In this document: piece after piece, positions 1-10,791 of the stretch
Numbering within the stretch: position 1 is the first letter of the stretch
Layout: each line of letters starts with the position of its first letter
Source: Myxococcota bacterium
GTDB lineage: Bacteria > Myxococcota_A > Polyangia > Nannocystales > Nannocystaceae
Direction: 5' to 3'
NCBI GenBank assembly: GCA_039028615.1
Contig: JBCCHT010000041.1
Coordinates: 1 to 64,000, forward strand
Length of the DNA stretch: 64,000 nt
The notes under the pieces: generated by a model
What the model was told of the DNA's origin: nothing
Databases searched by the model: none
What the model saw: the letters and a program-made list of their open reading frames with translations, nothing else
Position numbers and translations under genes: made by a program

Positions 1-873
1 CCAGCGTTCGTGACGATCGGGCAGCCGTTCGTCGCGAACGCCCACGAAGTCGAACAGGTCGCAGCCATGCCGGACGGCGGCCTGAAGCGCAGCGAAGACC
101 ATGCCCGTGCCGACCTTGCTCGAGCGGGCGTCCGCCGAGCTCAACACCGCATAGTAGTGGGCCACTCCGTCGTGGCGGGGCACGTAGACCGCCCCCACCA
201 GCCGGCCCTCTTCTCGGGCGACCACGAGGTCCCCCGAGGCCTCGAACTGCCGGACGAGCTCCGCCCGGAACGCCCAGTCATCGCGAAGGTGGGGGCGCGC
301 GGCGTGGAATTGATCGTGGAGGGCTCGCAGCTGTGCGAGCAGCTCGGCCGAGACCTCCGCGAAGGGGCGGGCCGAGTACTCCACCCCGTCGCGGGTCGAC
401 CCTCGGACATTGCGGCGGGCCACCGAAGACGCCCCCGCCAGCGCCGCGTCGACGCCGTCTCGCAGATCGAGCACCCGGGTCTTGGTGTGCGTGCGAGCGC
501 GTCGGCTCACTCGCCACCCCAGCCCGGTCATCTGTTCTTCGAACGCCTGGGGCTTCGCCGGATCGAAGCGCCAGCGATGACGGTGCCCTTGGACATCGAC
601 GAGGGTACCGGAGGCCGCGGGCTCGACGAGCACCTGGGTGGCCTGCACGCGCTGCACCACGCCGTCGATCACCGCCATGTCGATCTGGCGAGGCCGCTGC
701 ATGCGAGCGATGAGCCCGTCCTTGCCCGGCTGCACCAGCAGCACCGCCGCGCCCGCCAGCAGGCACCCCACCCCCCGCGCCTGGAGGCTCGCGGCATAGG
801 CCAGCGACTGGGTCAGCGGCTCGCGCTGCCCGTGACGCTCGACCACGGTCGACTCGGCGTTCACGCGCCGCAT
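1..873 (-). CDS. FemAB/FemX-like GNAT-fold protein (3'-partial, runs off the window start)
   Basis: Not in the ORF track because it has no stop in the window. I translated it by hand as the reverse frame of the + ORF 10..1116: M(RRV)NAESTVVER...THTKTRVLDLRDGVDAALAGASSVARRNVRGSTRDGVEY...GVAHYYAVLSSADARSSKVGTGMVFAALQAAVRHGCDLFDFVGVRDERLPDRHERW. The T-x-VLDL...RRNVR and G-C-x-x-FDF-x-G motifs are FemAB-like. Alternative GTG start at 864. Confidence 0.7.
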   Translation of the reverse strand, partial: MRRVNAESTVVERHGQREPLTQSLAYAASLQARGVGCLLAGAAVLLVQPGKDGLIARMQRPRQIDMAVIDGVVQRVQATQVLVEPAASGTLVDVQGHRHRWRFDPAKPQAFEEQMTGLGWRVSRRARTHTKTRVLDLRDGVDAALAGASSVARRNVRGSTRDGVEYSARPFAEVSAELLAQLRALHDQFHAARPHLRDDWAFRAELVRQFEASGDLVVAREEGRLVGAVYVPRHDGVAHYYAVLSSADARSSKVGTGMVFAALQAAVRHGCDLFDFVGVRDERLPDRHERW

Positions 874-881
874 CGTAGCCG

Positions 882-2981
<2,100 letters not shown>

Positions 2982-3068
2982 ACCCGCGCAGGCTACCGCG
3001 GACGACCGCTGCGCGTCGCGGACCCCACGATGGTCTCCGAGCTGTCACGCACGGGCCAGCTCCCGAGT

Positions 3069-6000
3069 TCAGTGCGACGCCGGGTCGCGATGGCTGGCCG
3101 CCCACGCCCGCAGCTCGGCGAGATCGGCCGAGTCGGCGATATGGGGCTCCGCGCGGACGACCAAGGCTGCCGCCCGGGCTCGCGTCGCCGGGTCGGCCCA
3201 CAGCACTCGGGCCAGCTCGGCCTGCGCGAAGGCCAGGTCCTCGGGGCGAACGGGCGGGCGCGTGCGAATGTCCAGCGCCTGCTCGAGGAGATCTCGCGCC
3301 CGCTCGAGGTCGCCCTGCTCCCGCGCGATGATGCCGAGGTTGAGCAGCGGCAACGCCACATACGGGTGCTCTTCGCCGATCGCGGTGCGCATGTCGGCGA
3401 GCACCTTGCCCGACTCGGTCGCGGCCTCGTCGAAGCGCCCCTGCCGACGCGCCATGTCGGCCAGGTCCTGTCGAACACGCAAGGTCGACGGATGGTCGGG
3501 ACCGAGGCCCTTTCGCCGCAACGCCAGCGTGCGTCGGAAGTACCCCTCCGCGGTCTTCGGGTCGTCGTTGGCGTCGTGCAGGCGCCCCAGGTTGGCGAGC
3601 AAGATGCCGAACTGCGGGTGGTCGGCCCCCAGCGCCTGCTCCAGCAGTGGCTGCGCCCGCTCGTAGGTCTGCTGCGCTCGCTGCAGCTGGCCCGCTTGCT
3701 GCTGCACCGAACCGAGGTTGAGCAGCAACATGCTCACGCTGGGATCATCGACGCCGTGGGCCGCCTCGCCGACCTGCACCGACTCCGTGCACTCGGCCAG
3801 CGCTCGCTCGTAGTTGCCGGCATCGAGGCTCGACGTGCACAGGTTGCTCAGCGTACGGGCGAGCGCGGGGTGTCGTGCTCCCAGGGCCGCGCGCTGAATA
3901 TCGGCCGCGCGCGCGAACGAGGCGTGGGCCGTGTCCGCGTCGGACTTCGCCAGCGCGATCGCCCCGAGGTTGGCCCGCGACTGCGCGACGTCGGGATGGT
4001 CGGGTCCCAGCAGGGTCTCGCGCAGCGACAGCGCCGACTCACCGTGCTCGGCCGCCTCGTCGAGGTGCCCCTGGGTGTAAAGCAACGTGCCGACTTGCTG
4101 GAGCGCATCGGCGAGCAGCTGGCGGTCGGCGTCGGAGGCCTCGCGCATCAACGACAGCGCCTCGCGCGTGGCCAACAGGCCTTCGTCGTAGTCGCCCTGC
4201 CGAAACGCGATGCGCCCCTGAGCCAAGCGCAGGCGCCCGCGGGCCACCGCATCCGCCCCCGTCGCGGTCAGCAGGACCTCGGTGGCTTCGGCCATGGCCG
4301 CCGCCCGATCCGACTCGGCCGGCCGCGCCGTCACGGCATCGATCCGATCGATGGCGATGTCGGCCACCGCCGCCGTGTCGCGCAGCTCTCCCGCCAGCGT
4401 CAAAGCTCGATCGAAGTGCTTCACCGCGGCATCGGTATCGGCCGTCACCGCCGCGAGCTGACCTCGCAGGTGGTGGGCACGAGCGTCGAGCGGGGCGTGC
4501 TCGACCGCCCGCAGGTCGCCGTGCAGCGCCTCGAGCCGGGATTCCGCGTCACCGTAGCGAGCCAAGGTGAGCAGCGCATGCACGTCGGCGAGGCCCGCAT
4601 GGAGAGCATGCACCGCCTCGCGATGCTCGGGAGGCACGGGCACCTGTCGCTCGCGCAGGGCCAGCACGTCGTCGCACGCGGTGACCAGGGGTAGGCCGAG
4701 GGTGGAGTCGAGGGCGTGCTCCAGCCCGGCCGCATCGACCTCTCGCAGCCGACGCGTCAGCGCGGCGAGGGCATCGTGTTGATCGTCGAGGCATGCGATC
4801 CGCAGGTCGAGCGCCTCTTCGGATTGCTCGCCGGCCGCGGTGGCCCGGCACGCCCGCTGGCGACCGTCGAGCCATGACTCGCGGTAGCGATCGATCCGGT
4901 CGCGAACCTGGGGCCACACCGCGTCCGCGTAGTCGAGCTCGGTCGCCTCGAACGCCGCCCGGGTCGTCTCGCGCACCGCCGGATCCCAGACGTCCGCCAT
5001 GCGCTCGACCGCGGGCGGGCAGCCCGGCTCGGCCATCAACGCCGCCCCGGTGGCGACTCCCGCGGTGAGCAACGCCAACCCGCCGCCAGCCAGCGTCCGC
5101 CAGTGACGACGCGGCGGCGGGCTCAGGGCCATCAGCAACGCCTGCATCGACTCCGGCCGCTCGTCGGGGGCAGCGGCCAAGCCCCGGGCGATGGCCTCGA
5201 CCACCCGACGATCGACATCGTCCCGCTCCAGCGCAGGCGCGGGCGCCCGTGTGACCGGATGCTCTCGATCCGCCGCCAGCTCTTCGCTCGACCACGGGCG
5301 ATGCCCCGCCAGCGCTTCGAACAAGGCGACACAGAACGCAAACTGATCGGTCCGAGCGTCGACCGTCTCGCCGCGACACTGCTCGGGGGCCATATACGCG
5401 GGCGTGCCCGCCCGGGCCCATCCGCGCGGGCCTTCGCCGGCGTCGTGCGGTCGCAACCCCGTCGGCTGCTCCGCCGCGCTGACGACCCGAGCGAGCCCGA
5501 AGTCGGTCACCCGCACCGGAGCGTCCTCGGGGACCAGCACGTTCTCGGGCTTGAAATCCCGGTGTACCAGCCCGGCCTCGTGGGCCGCCGCTAGGCCTCG
5601 CCCCGCCTGCACGAACACGTCGAGGATCTCGTCGACCTCGCGAACGCCCTGGGACATCCACGCCCGCAGGGTCGGCGCCTCGACGTACTCCATCGCGATG
5701 AAGACCTCGTCGTCCTGCGTGTCGACCTCGAATACGGTGACCACGTGCGGATGCGACAGCCGAGCCATCGCCCGGGCCTCGGCCACCAGCTGAGCCCGCA
5801 ACGCCGGCCAGCGGTGCCGAACCACATCGGCCCGCAGCACCTTGATCGCCACCCGCCGGTCGAGCTGGGGATCGTAGGCCTGGTACACCTGCCCCATCCC
5901 GCCGCTGCCGACCCGCGCCAGGACCACGAAGCGCCCCAGCTGAGTGGTCTCGCTGCGCCGCCCGAACAGGCGCGCCTTGGCCCGAGCCCGACTCAGGCGA

Positions 6001-6128
6001 ACCTCTACCCGCTGGGTCTGCAGGCGGATCCCCTGGAGGGCGAGCGTGTCGTCGGTGCCGGACGGCAGCTCGTCGACCTCATCGTCGAGCGACGAGTCGT
6101 GCCGGGGGTCGGTCGGGGTCTCGGTCAT
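3069..6128 (-). CDS. Membrane Ser/Thr protein kinase with extracytoplasmic TPR repeats
   Basis: GSGGMGQVY, VAIKVL, HRDFKPEN, DFGL and GTPAYMAPEQ; a TM segment (LAGGGLALLTAGVATGAALMA); multiple 'LGPDHP' TPR_10/12-type repeats. Start is uncertain (ATG 6128 or 6149). Confidence 0.93.
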   Translation of the reverse strand: MTETPTDPRHDSSLDDEVDELPSGTDDTLALQGIRLQTQRVEVRLSRARAKARLFGRRSETTQLGRFVVLARVGSGGMGQVYQAYDPQLDRRVAIKVLRADVVRHRWPALRAQLVAEARAMARLSHPHVVTVFEVDTQDDEVFIAMEYVEAPTLRAWMSQGVREVDEILDVFVQAGRGLAAAHEAGLVHRDFKPENVLVPEDAPVRVTDFGLARVVSAAEQPTGLRPHDAGEGPRGWARAGTPAYMAPEQCRGETVDARTDQFAFCVALFEALAGHRPWSSEELAADREHPVTRAPAPALERDDVDRRVVEAIARGLAAAPDERPESMQALLMALSPPPRRHWRTLAGGGLALLTAGVATGAALMAEPGCPPAVERMADVWDPAVRETTRAAFEATELDYADAVWPQVRDRIDRYRESWLDGRQRACRATAAGEQSEEALDLRIACLDDQHDALAALTRRLREVDAAGLEHALDSTLGLPLVTACDDVLALRERQVPVPPEHREAVHALHAGLADVHALLTLARYGDAESRLEALHGDLRAVEHAPLDARAHHLRGQLAAVTADTDAAVKHFDRALTLAGELRDTAAVADIAIDRIDAVTARPAESDRAAAMAEATEVLLTATGADAVARGRLRLAQGRIAFRQGDYDEGLLATREALSLMREASDADRQLLADALQQVGTLLYTQGHLDEAAEHGESALSLRETLLGPDHPDVAQSRANLGAIALAKSDADTAHASFARAADIQRAALGARHPALARTLSNLCTSSLDAGNYERALAECTESVQVGEAAHGVDDPSVSMLLLNLGSVQQQAGQLQRAQQTYERAQPLLEQALGADHPQFGILLANLGRLHDANDDPKTAEGYFRRTLALRRKGLGPDHPSTLRVRQDLADMARRQGRFDEAATESGKVLADMRTAIGEEHPYVALPLLNLGIIAREQGDLERARDLLEQALDIRTRPPVRPEDLAFAQAELARVLWADPATRARAAALVVRAEPHIADSADLAELRAWAASHRDPASH

Positions 6129-6166
6129 GACCTGACGCGCTCCAGACATTGGTAGCATTGCCGGCC

Positions 6167-6811
6167 ATGGCGTCCAGCCCCACCGCGGCCGCGAGCGACC
6201 TCCAGCTTCTCGAGCAGTGGCGGGCGGGAGACGACGGCGCGGGCGAGGCTCTGTTCGAACGCCACTTCGAGGCGCTGTACCGCTTCTTCTGCAACAAGGT
6301 CGGCCGCGAGGTCGACGACCTGGTGCAGGAGACCTTCCTGGGCTGCGTGAAGGCCAAGGAGCGCTTCCGCGGGGACAGCAGCTTTCGCACCTTCTTGTTC
6401 GCCGTCGCCCGCAATCAGCTGTTCAAGCTCCGCGACCGCCACACGAAGAACGCCAAGCAAGACGACTTCCAAGAGACGCGGGTCGCCGATCTCGACGCCT
6501 CCCCCACCCAGCTGGCGGTCGAGCACGAGGAGCAGGCCCTGCTGCTCCGCGCCCTGCGGCGGCTGCCCATCGACCTCCAGATCGCGCTGGAGCTGTTTTA
6601 CTGGGAAGGCATGCAGTCCAAGGACATCGCGGTCGTCCTCGAGATCCCCCACGGGACCGTGCGCAGCCGGCTGCGGCGGGGCCGAACGATGCTCCGTGAG
6701 ATCGTGGAGCAGCTGGCCGAGTCCCCCAAGCTCCAGGAATCCACCCTCGCCGACTTCGAGGGCTGGCTGCGCTCCATCCAGGGCAAAGTGCCCCGTGCGG
6801 CCGAATCCTGA
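6167..6811 (+). CDS. ECF-type RNA polymerase sigma factor with C-terminal extension
   Basis: Region 2 (LFERHFEALYRFF...DDLVQETF...SSFRTFLFAVARN) and region 4 (LELFYWEGMQSKDIAVVLEIPHGTVRSRLRRGR); ATG at 6167. Confidence 0.93.
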   Translation: MASSPTAAASDLQLLEQWRAGDDGAGEALFERHFEALYRFFCNKVGREVDDLVQETFLGCVKAKERFRGDSSFRTFLFAVARNQLFKLRDRHTKNAKQDDFQETRVADLDASPTQLAVEHEEQALLLRALRRLPIDLQIALELFYWEGMQSKDIAVVLEIPHGTVRSRLRRGRTMLREIVEQLAESPKLQESTLADFEGWLRSIQGKVPRAAES

Positions 6812-6884
6812 GCCTCTCTGGGGCAAAGTGAAAAAAATGTGATCCCGGTGATCACGGCACGCCGGCTCCGTACTACCCGTGCCG

Positions 6885-8159
6885 ATGAAGCCTATCCACG
6901 CCCCCCTTGCCGTGTTGCCCTTCTTCCTCGCCGCGTGCCCCATCGTCATCGAAAACGGAGACGACGACGGCTCGGCCGAAGCCGGAGCCACCGAGGGCTC
7001 CGACGCCACGGCGGGTGACGAGACCGACGGCGCCGACGAGACCGCTGGCGTCGACGAGACGGCCGGCGCCAGCGGCCCCCAAAGCTGCGCCGAGATCGAC
7101 CGCACGATGGAGGGCGAGCTGCCCACCATCGAAGGCGACGAAATCACGTTGTCGGGCGTCTACCGCATCTCCGGGACGCTCATCTACGACCGCGGCCAGG
7201 TCGTCACCATCGAGCCGGGCACGGTGTTCCTGATGGAGTCCGACGCCCAGGTCTACTTCGGCTGGCGCAGCGACCCCGCCACCGTCTTCGCCGACGGCAC
7301 CGCCGAGCAGCCCATCATGTTCTGCGGCACCGAGGGCGAGCCCGGCCACTGGATCGACCTGCAGGTGCTGACCGGCACCACCACCGACAGCGTGTTCAGC
7401 CACGTGCGCATCGAGGACGGCGGCCAGGGTGACGTCCCCGCCCTGCTGCTCACCGTCGACGCCACCCTCGACGAGGTCACCGTCACGGGCAACGCGGGCC
7501 CCGGCTTCGAGCTGTCCGGCCTCGCCAACGACTCCACCGCGCTGTACTCGACGGGCAACCTCGGCGTGTCGGGCTGGCTGCTCGGCGAGTCGGCCATCAC
7601 CAACCTGCCCCCGGGCGACTACACGGGCAACGGCGAGGACATCCTGCTCGCCGACGAGTTCAGCGACACCAACGTGGTGTTCCACGAGCGCGGGGTGCCC
7701 TACCGCCAACTCGAGGAAGTGCTCGTATTCGGTGAGGCCGGCGGCGACGAGCGCTCGATCACCATCGAGGCCGGCGTCGAGTACCAGTTCTGCCAGGACT
7801 GCACGATGTTGGTCGGGTGGCGCACCGACCCGGCCGTGATCACGGTGCAGGGCACGGAGGATCAGCCCGTGGTGTTCACCTCGAGCCAGGCCTCGCCCTC
7901 GCCCGGCGACTGGAACGGCATCGTGCTCGAGCCGGGGACGCGCTCCAACTCCCGCATCGAGTTCGCCCGCTTCGAGTACGGCGGCAAGTCGGACGCCGCC
8001 AACCTGGTCATCGATGGCGGCACGGGCACCGTTCGCGACTCGGTGTTCGCCAACTCGGCCGGCTGGGGCGTGATGGTCGACGGCGAGCGCGAGCCCGGCT
8101 TCGAGCTGGCCAACAACGTGTACATCGACAACGCCCTGGGTGCGGTCAGCGACGAGTAG
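6885..8159 (+). CDS. Lipoprotein with duplicated right-handed beta-helix (pectin-lyase-like) modules
   Basis: Lipobox FLAA-C and an acidic linker. Two similar modules: TIEPG...GWRSDPA...GTAEQPIMF...PGHW and TIEAG...GWRTDPA...GTEDQPVVF...PGDW. Confidence 0.75.
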   Translation: MKPIHAPLAVLPFFLAACPIVIENGDDDGSAEAGATEGSDATAGDETDGADETAGVDETAGASGPQSCAEIDRTMEGELPTIEGDEITLSGVYRISGTLIYDRGQVVTIEPGTVFLMESDAQVYFGWRSDPATVFADGTAEQPIMFCGTEGEPGHWIDLQVLTGTTTDSVFSHVRIEDGGQGDVPALLLTVDATLDEVTVTGNAGPGFELSGLANDSTALYSTGNLGVSGWLLGESAITNLPPGDYTGNGEDILLADEFSDTNVVFHERGVPYRQLEEVLVFGEAGGDERSITIEAGVEYQFCQDCTMLVGWRTDPAVITVQGTEDQPVVFTSSQASPSPGDWNGIVLEPGTRSNSRIEFARFEYGGKSDAANLVIDGGTGTVRDSVFANSAGWGVMVDGEREPGFELANNVYIDNALGAVSDE

Positions 8160-8184
8160 ACCCATCCCCGGTGCACAGCGACGA

Positions 8185-8209
8185 AACGGGCGGCCCATGG
8201 TCGCCCGTT
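8185..8209. terminator. Hairpin between convergent genes (probable bidirectional terminator)
   Basis: AACGGGCGGCC-CAT-GGTCGCCCGTT inverted repeat between the stops at 8159 and 8225. Confidence 0.6.
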
Positions 8210-8224
8210 CGTTCGTGGTTGCGC

Positions 8225-9640
8225 CTACCCCAGCGCCAGCGGCTCGAGCTTGGCCACGTACCAGTCCCCCCACTCGAGGCGCAGGTGCAGGTCGTAGCGC
8301 GAGGCCGTCCCGTCGGGCTGCTTCACGTCCAGCTCGACCCGCGCCCCCGGGGTGTAGGCGCTGGGCACCAGCTCGATGCCCTCGATCGTCACCTCGCACT
8401 CGTCGAGGTCCACCACCAGCGCGGCCAGGGCGAAGCTCCGCGCGGCGTCGATGGTGTTCAGGCGGCTGATGGCCGCGCGCAGGGCTTGTTCGCGATCTTG
8501 CTCGGCGAAGACCCGCGACGACAGGTAGCCCTGACCGAGCTCGTGGAAGAAGGACAGCACCTGCCCCACGTCGACCTCGGGCCCGAGGTCGAGCACCTCG
8601 TGCAGATTGGGCTGGGCGACGCCGAGCAGCAGCGCGTCGAGGCCTTCTTCGACCACGCCCGCGTCGTCGGCCCGAATCGCCTCGGCCACCACCGCCTCCA
8701 TCGCGGTCACGAAGCTGGTCATCAGCTCCAGGCCATCGCCGCCCTGCAGCCGCGCCATGATGTGGGCCACGGTCTCTTCCCGCTGCGTGCGAGCCTGGCT
8801 GGGCGAAGTGAAGCGCCGCGCCGCCCCGCCGTCGCCTCGCGCGACCGCATCGAGGAACAGCTGGGCGCGCAGCGTGGCCCGGGCCTTGCGATCGACGTCG
8901 GCATCGAGCTGCGGACGCTCGGAGAGCATGCGCGTAGCGTCGGTGATGGGGATCGCGAAGCCCCCTTGTTTGTCGCGCCAGGCCCAGGTCACCACGCCCA
9001 CCGCCCGACCGTGCCGGTCGAGCACGGGCCCGCCGCTCTGGCCCCGCAGCACTTCGTTGGTCACCCCGACGAAGGCACCGGGGCCCGCCGCGGGGTTGTA
9101 GACCTCGACCTCCGAGACCTCACCTCGCAGGATTCGCAGCGACTCCTGCCCCTGGGCGTTGCGCTGCATCAGCACCACCGGATCCTCGCTGGCGAGGTAG
9201 CTCGACACGTGGTCGGGCTCGTCGGTGGCCAGCGGCACGGCGGTGAAAGGCTCGTCGGCGTGCACCTGCAGCAGGGCCAGGTCGCGAACCGGATCGATGT
9301 AGACCACGCGCACGCTGCCGTAGACCCGGTTCGGATCGCGAGCGGGAAACACGACGCCCTCGACGTGGTCGGCGTCTTCGATGACGTGCCGATTGGTCAG
9401 CAGGTACCCCGCCGGATCGATCACGAAGCCCATGCCGCGCGCGACATCGGTCTCGATGATCGCCACCGCAGCCGCGCTGCGTTGCAGGGCGAGCTCGCCC
9501 GCCTGGGCCCGCCGCAGCGAGCCCTCCATGACCTCGACCCCGTTGTAGTCGACCGGTCGGTGACTGCAGCCGAGGGCCATGCTCCCAGCCAGCGCGAGTA
9601 CCGCGAGTCCCCACTGGCCACGTCTCGAATGAGGACTCAT
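8225..9640 (-). CDS. Trypsin-like (S1C) serine protease lipoprotein
   Basis: Signal/lipobox MSPHSRRGQWGLAVLALAGSMALG-C from ATG 9640. Catalytic triad LLTNRHV / RDLALL / GQSGGP. The longer 10585 ORF start overlaps the ABC gene and is rejected. Confidence 0.85.
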   Translation of the reverse strand: MSPHSRRGQWGLAVLALAGSMALGCSHRPVDYNGVEVMEGSLRRAQAGELALQRSAAAVAIIETDVARGMGFVIDPAGYLLTNRHVIEDADHVEGVVFPARDPNRVYGSVRVVYIDPVRDLALLQVHADEPFTAVPLATDEPDHVSSYLASEDPVVLMQRNAQGQESLRILRGEVSEVEVYNPAAGPGAFVGVTNEVLRGQSGGPVLDRHGRAVGVVTWAWRDKQGGFAIPITDATRMLSERPQLDADVDRKARATLRAQLFLDAVARGDGGAARRFTSPSQARTQREETVAHIMARLQGGDGLELMTSFVTAMEAVVAEAIRADDAGVVEEGLDALLLGVAQPNLHEVLDLGPEVDVGQVLSFFHELGQGYLSSRVFAEQDREQALRAAISRLNTIDAARSFALAALVVDLDECEVTIEGIELVPSAYTPGARVELDVKQPDGTASRYDLHLRLEWGDWYVAKLEPLALG

Positions 9641-9823
9641 CGTATTCAAATTTAGGATCACTTTGTTGCCGGGGCCACGTCGATGAGACCGATTGATGGT
9701 CAGCCGCAGAGATTTGGGAGTTATCCTTACTTCCGAGACACGGAAAAATCGCGGCGGGGTTCCCGAAGGCGAAATCGATGGGTCGGTTGAGACGTTCGGG
9801 GGGCAGGCGAAGACGAGCAGCGC

Positions 9824-10780
9824 ATGCACATCGAGCTTCACGGGCTGGGCAAGACCTATGACGGCACCCAGTGGGCGGTCCGAGACCTGAACCTGGAGAT
9901 CCCCAGCGGGGCGATCTTCGGGCTCATCGGTCCCAACGGCGCGGGAAAGTCCACCACCCTGCGCATGATCGCCACGGTCATGGATCCGAGCGCGGGTGAG
10001 GTCGTGTACGACGGCCAGCGCAGCGGCGAAGCCCAGGCGCGTCGCACCACCGAGCTGCGGCGCCGCATCGGCTTCTTGGGAGACGGCAATCCTCTCTACA
10101 AGCAGATGAGCCCGGTCGAGTACCTGCGCTTTTTCGGGCAGTGCTTCCGCATCGAGCGGGCCAAGCTCGAGCAGGCCATCGAGCAAACGCTGGTCACCTT
10201 CGACCTCACGGGCAAGGCCGATACCCCCGCGGGCGCGCTGTCCAAGGGCATGCGTCAGCGCCTGCTCATCGCCCGCTGCCTGCTGCACGACCCTTCGCTG
10301 CTGATCCTCGACGAGCCCGCCGATGGCCTCGATCCCCGCGGGCGCAACGACCTGCGGCGCGTGCTCGAGCGGGTCCGCCAGCGTGGGGTCACCGTCATCA
10401 TCTCCTCCCACATCCTGCGCGAGCTCGACGACCTGTGCGACCAGGTCGCCATCGTGCAGCGCGGTCGCTTGGTGGTCGGGGGCGACGTCTCCGACATCAT
10501 CGATCGCTACGAGGTCGGCCGCTTCGTCTACGAGCTGCGCATCCTGGAGTGTCTGCCCATCGCCCGCCAGGTGCTCGCCCGCCACGGCGCGCTCATCGAG
10601 ACCGAGACCGAAAGCGACGGCCTGCCCACGCTCGGCATCCAGGTTCGTGGAGACGAGGCCGTCATGGCTCAGATCCTCACCGACCTCATCGGAGCCGGGG
10701 TCCGCATCGTCACTGCCAGCCGCGTTCGTAGCCGCCTCGAAGACGTCTACGACCGGATCTCCGAAGACCGCGTCAACTAG
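9824..10780 (+). CDS. ABC transporter ATP-binding protein (ABC-2/DrrA type)
   Basis: Walker A GPNGAGKST, signature LSKGMRQR, Walker B LLILDEP, H-loop ISSH. Confidence 0.95.
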   Translation: MHIELHGLGKTYDGTQWAVRDLNLEIPSGAIFGLIGPNGAGKSTTLRMIATVMDPSAGEVVYDGQRSGEAQARRTTELRRRIGFLGDGNPLYKQMSPVEYLRFFGQCFRIERAKLEQAIEQTLVTFDLTGKADTPAGALSKGMRQRLLIARCLLHDPSLLILDEPADGLDPRGRNDLRRVLERVRQRGVTVIISSHILRELDDLCDQVAIVQRGRLVVGGDVSDIIDRYEVGRFVYELRILECLPIARQVLARHGALIETETESDGLPTLGIQVRGDEAVMAQILTDLIGAGVRIVTASRVRSRLEDVYDRISEDRVN

Positions 10781-10791
10781 CCCGCTGCCCC

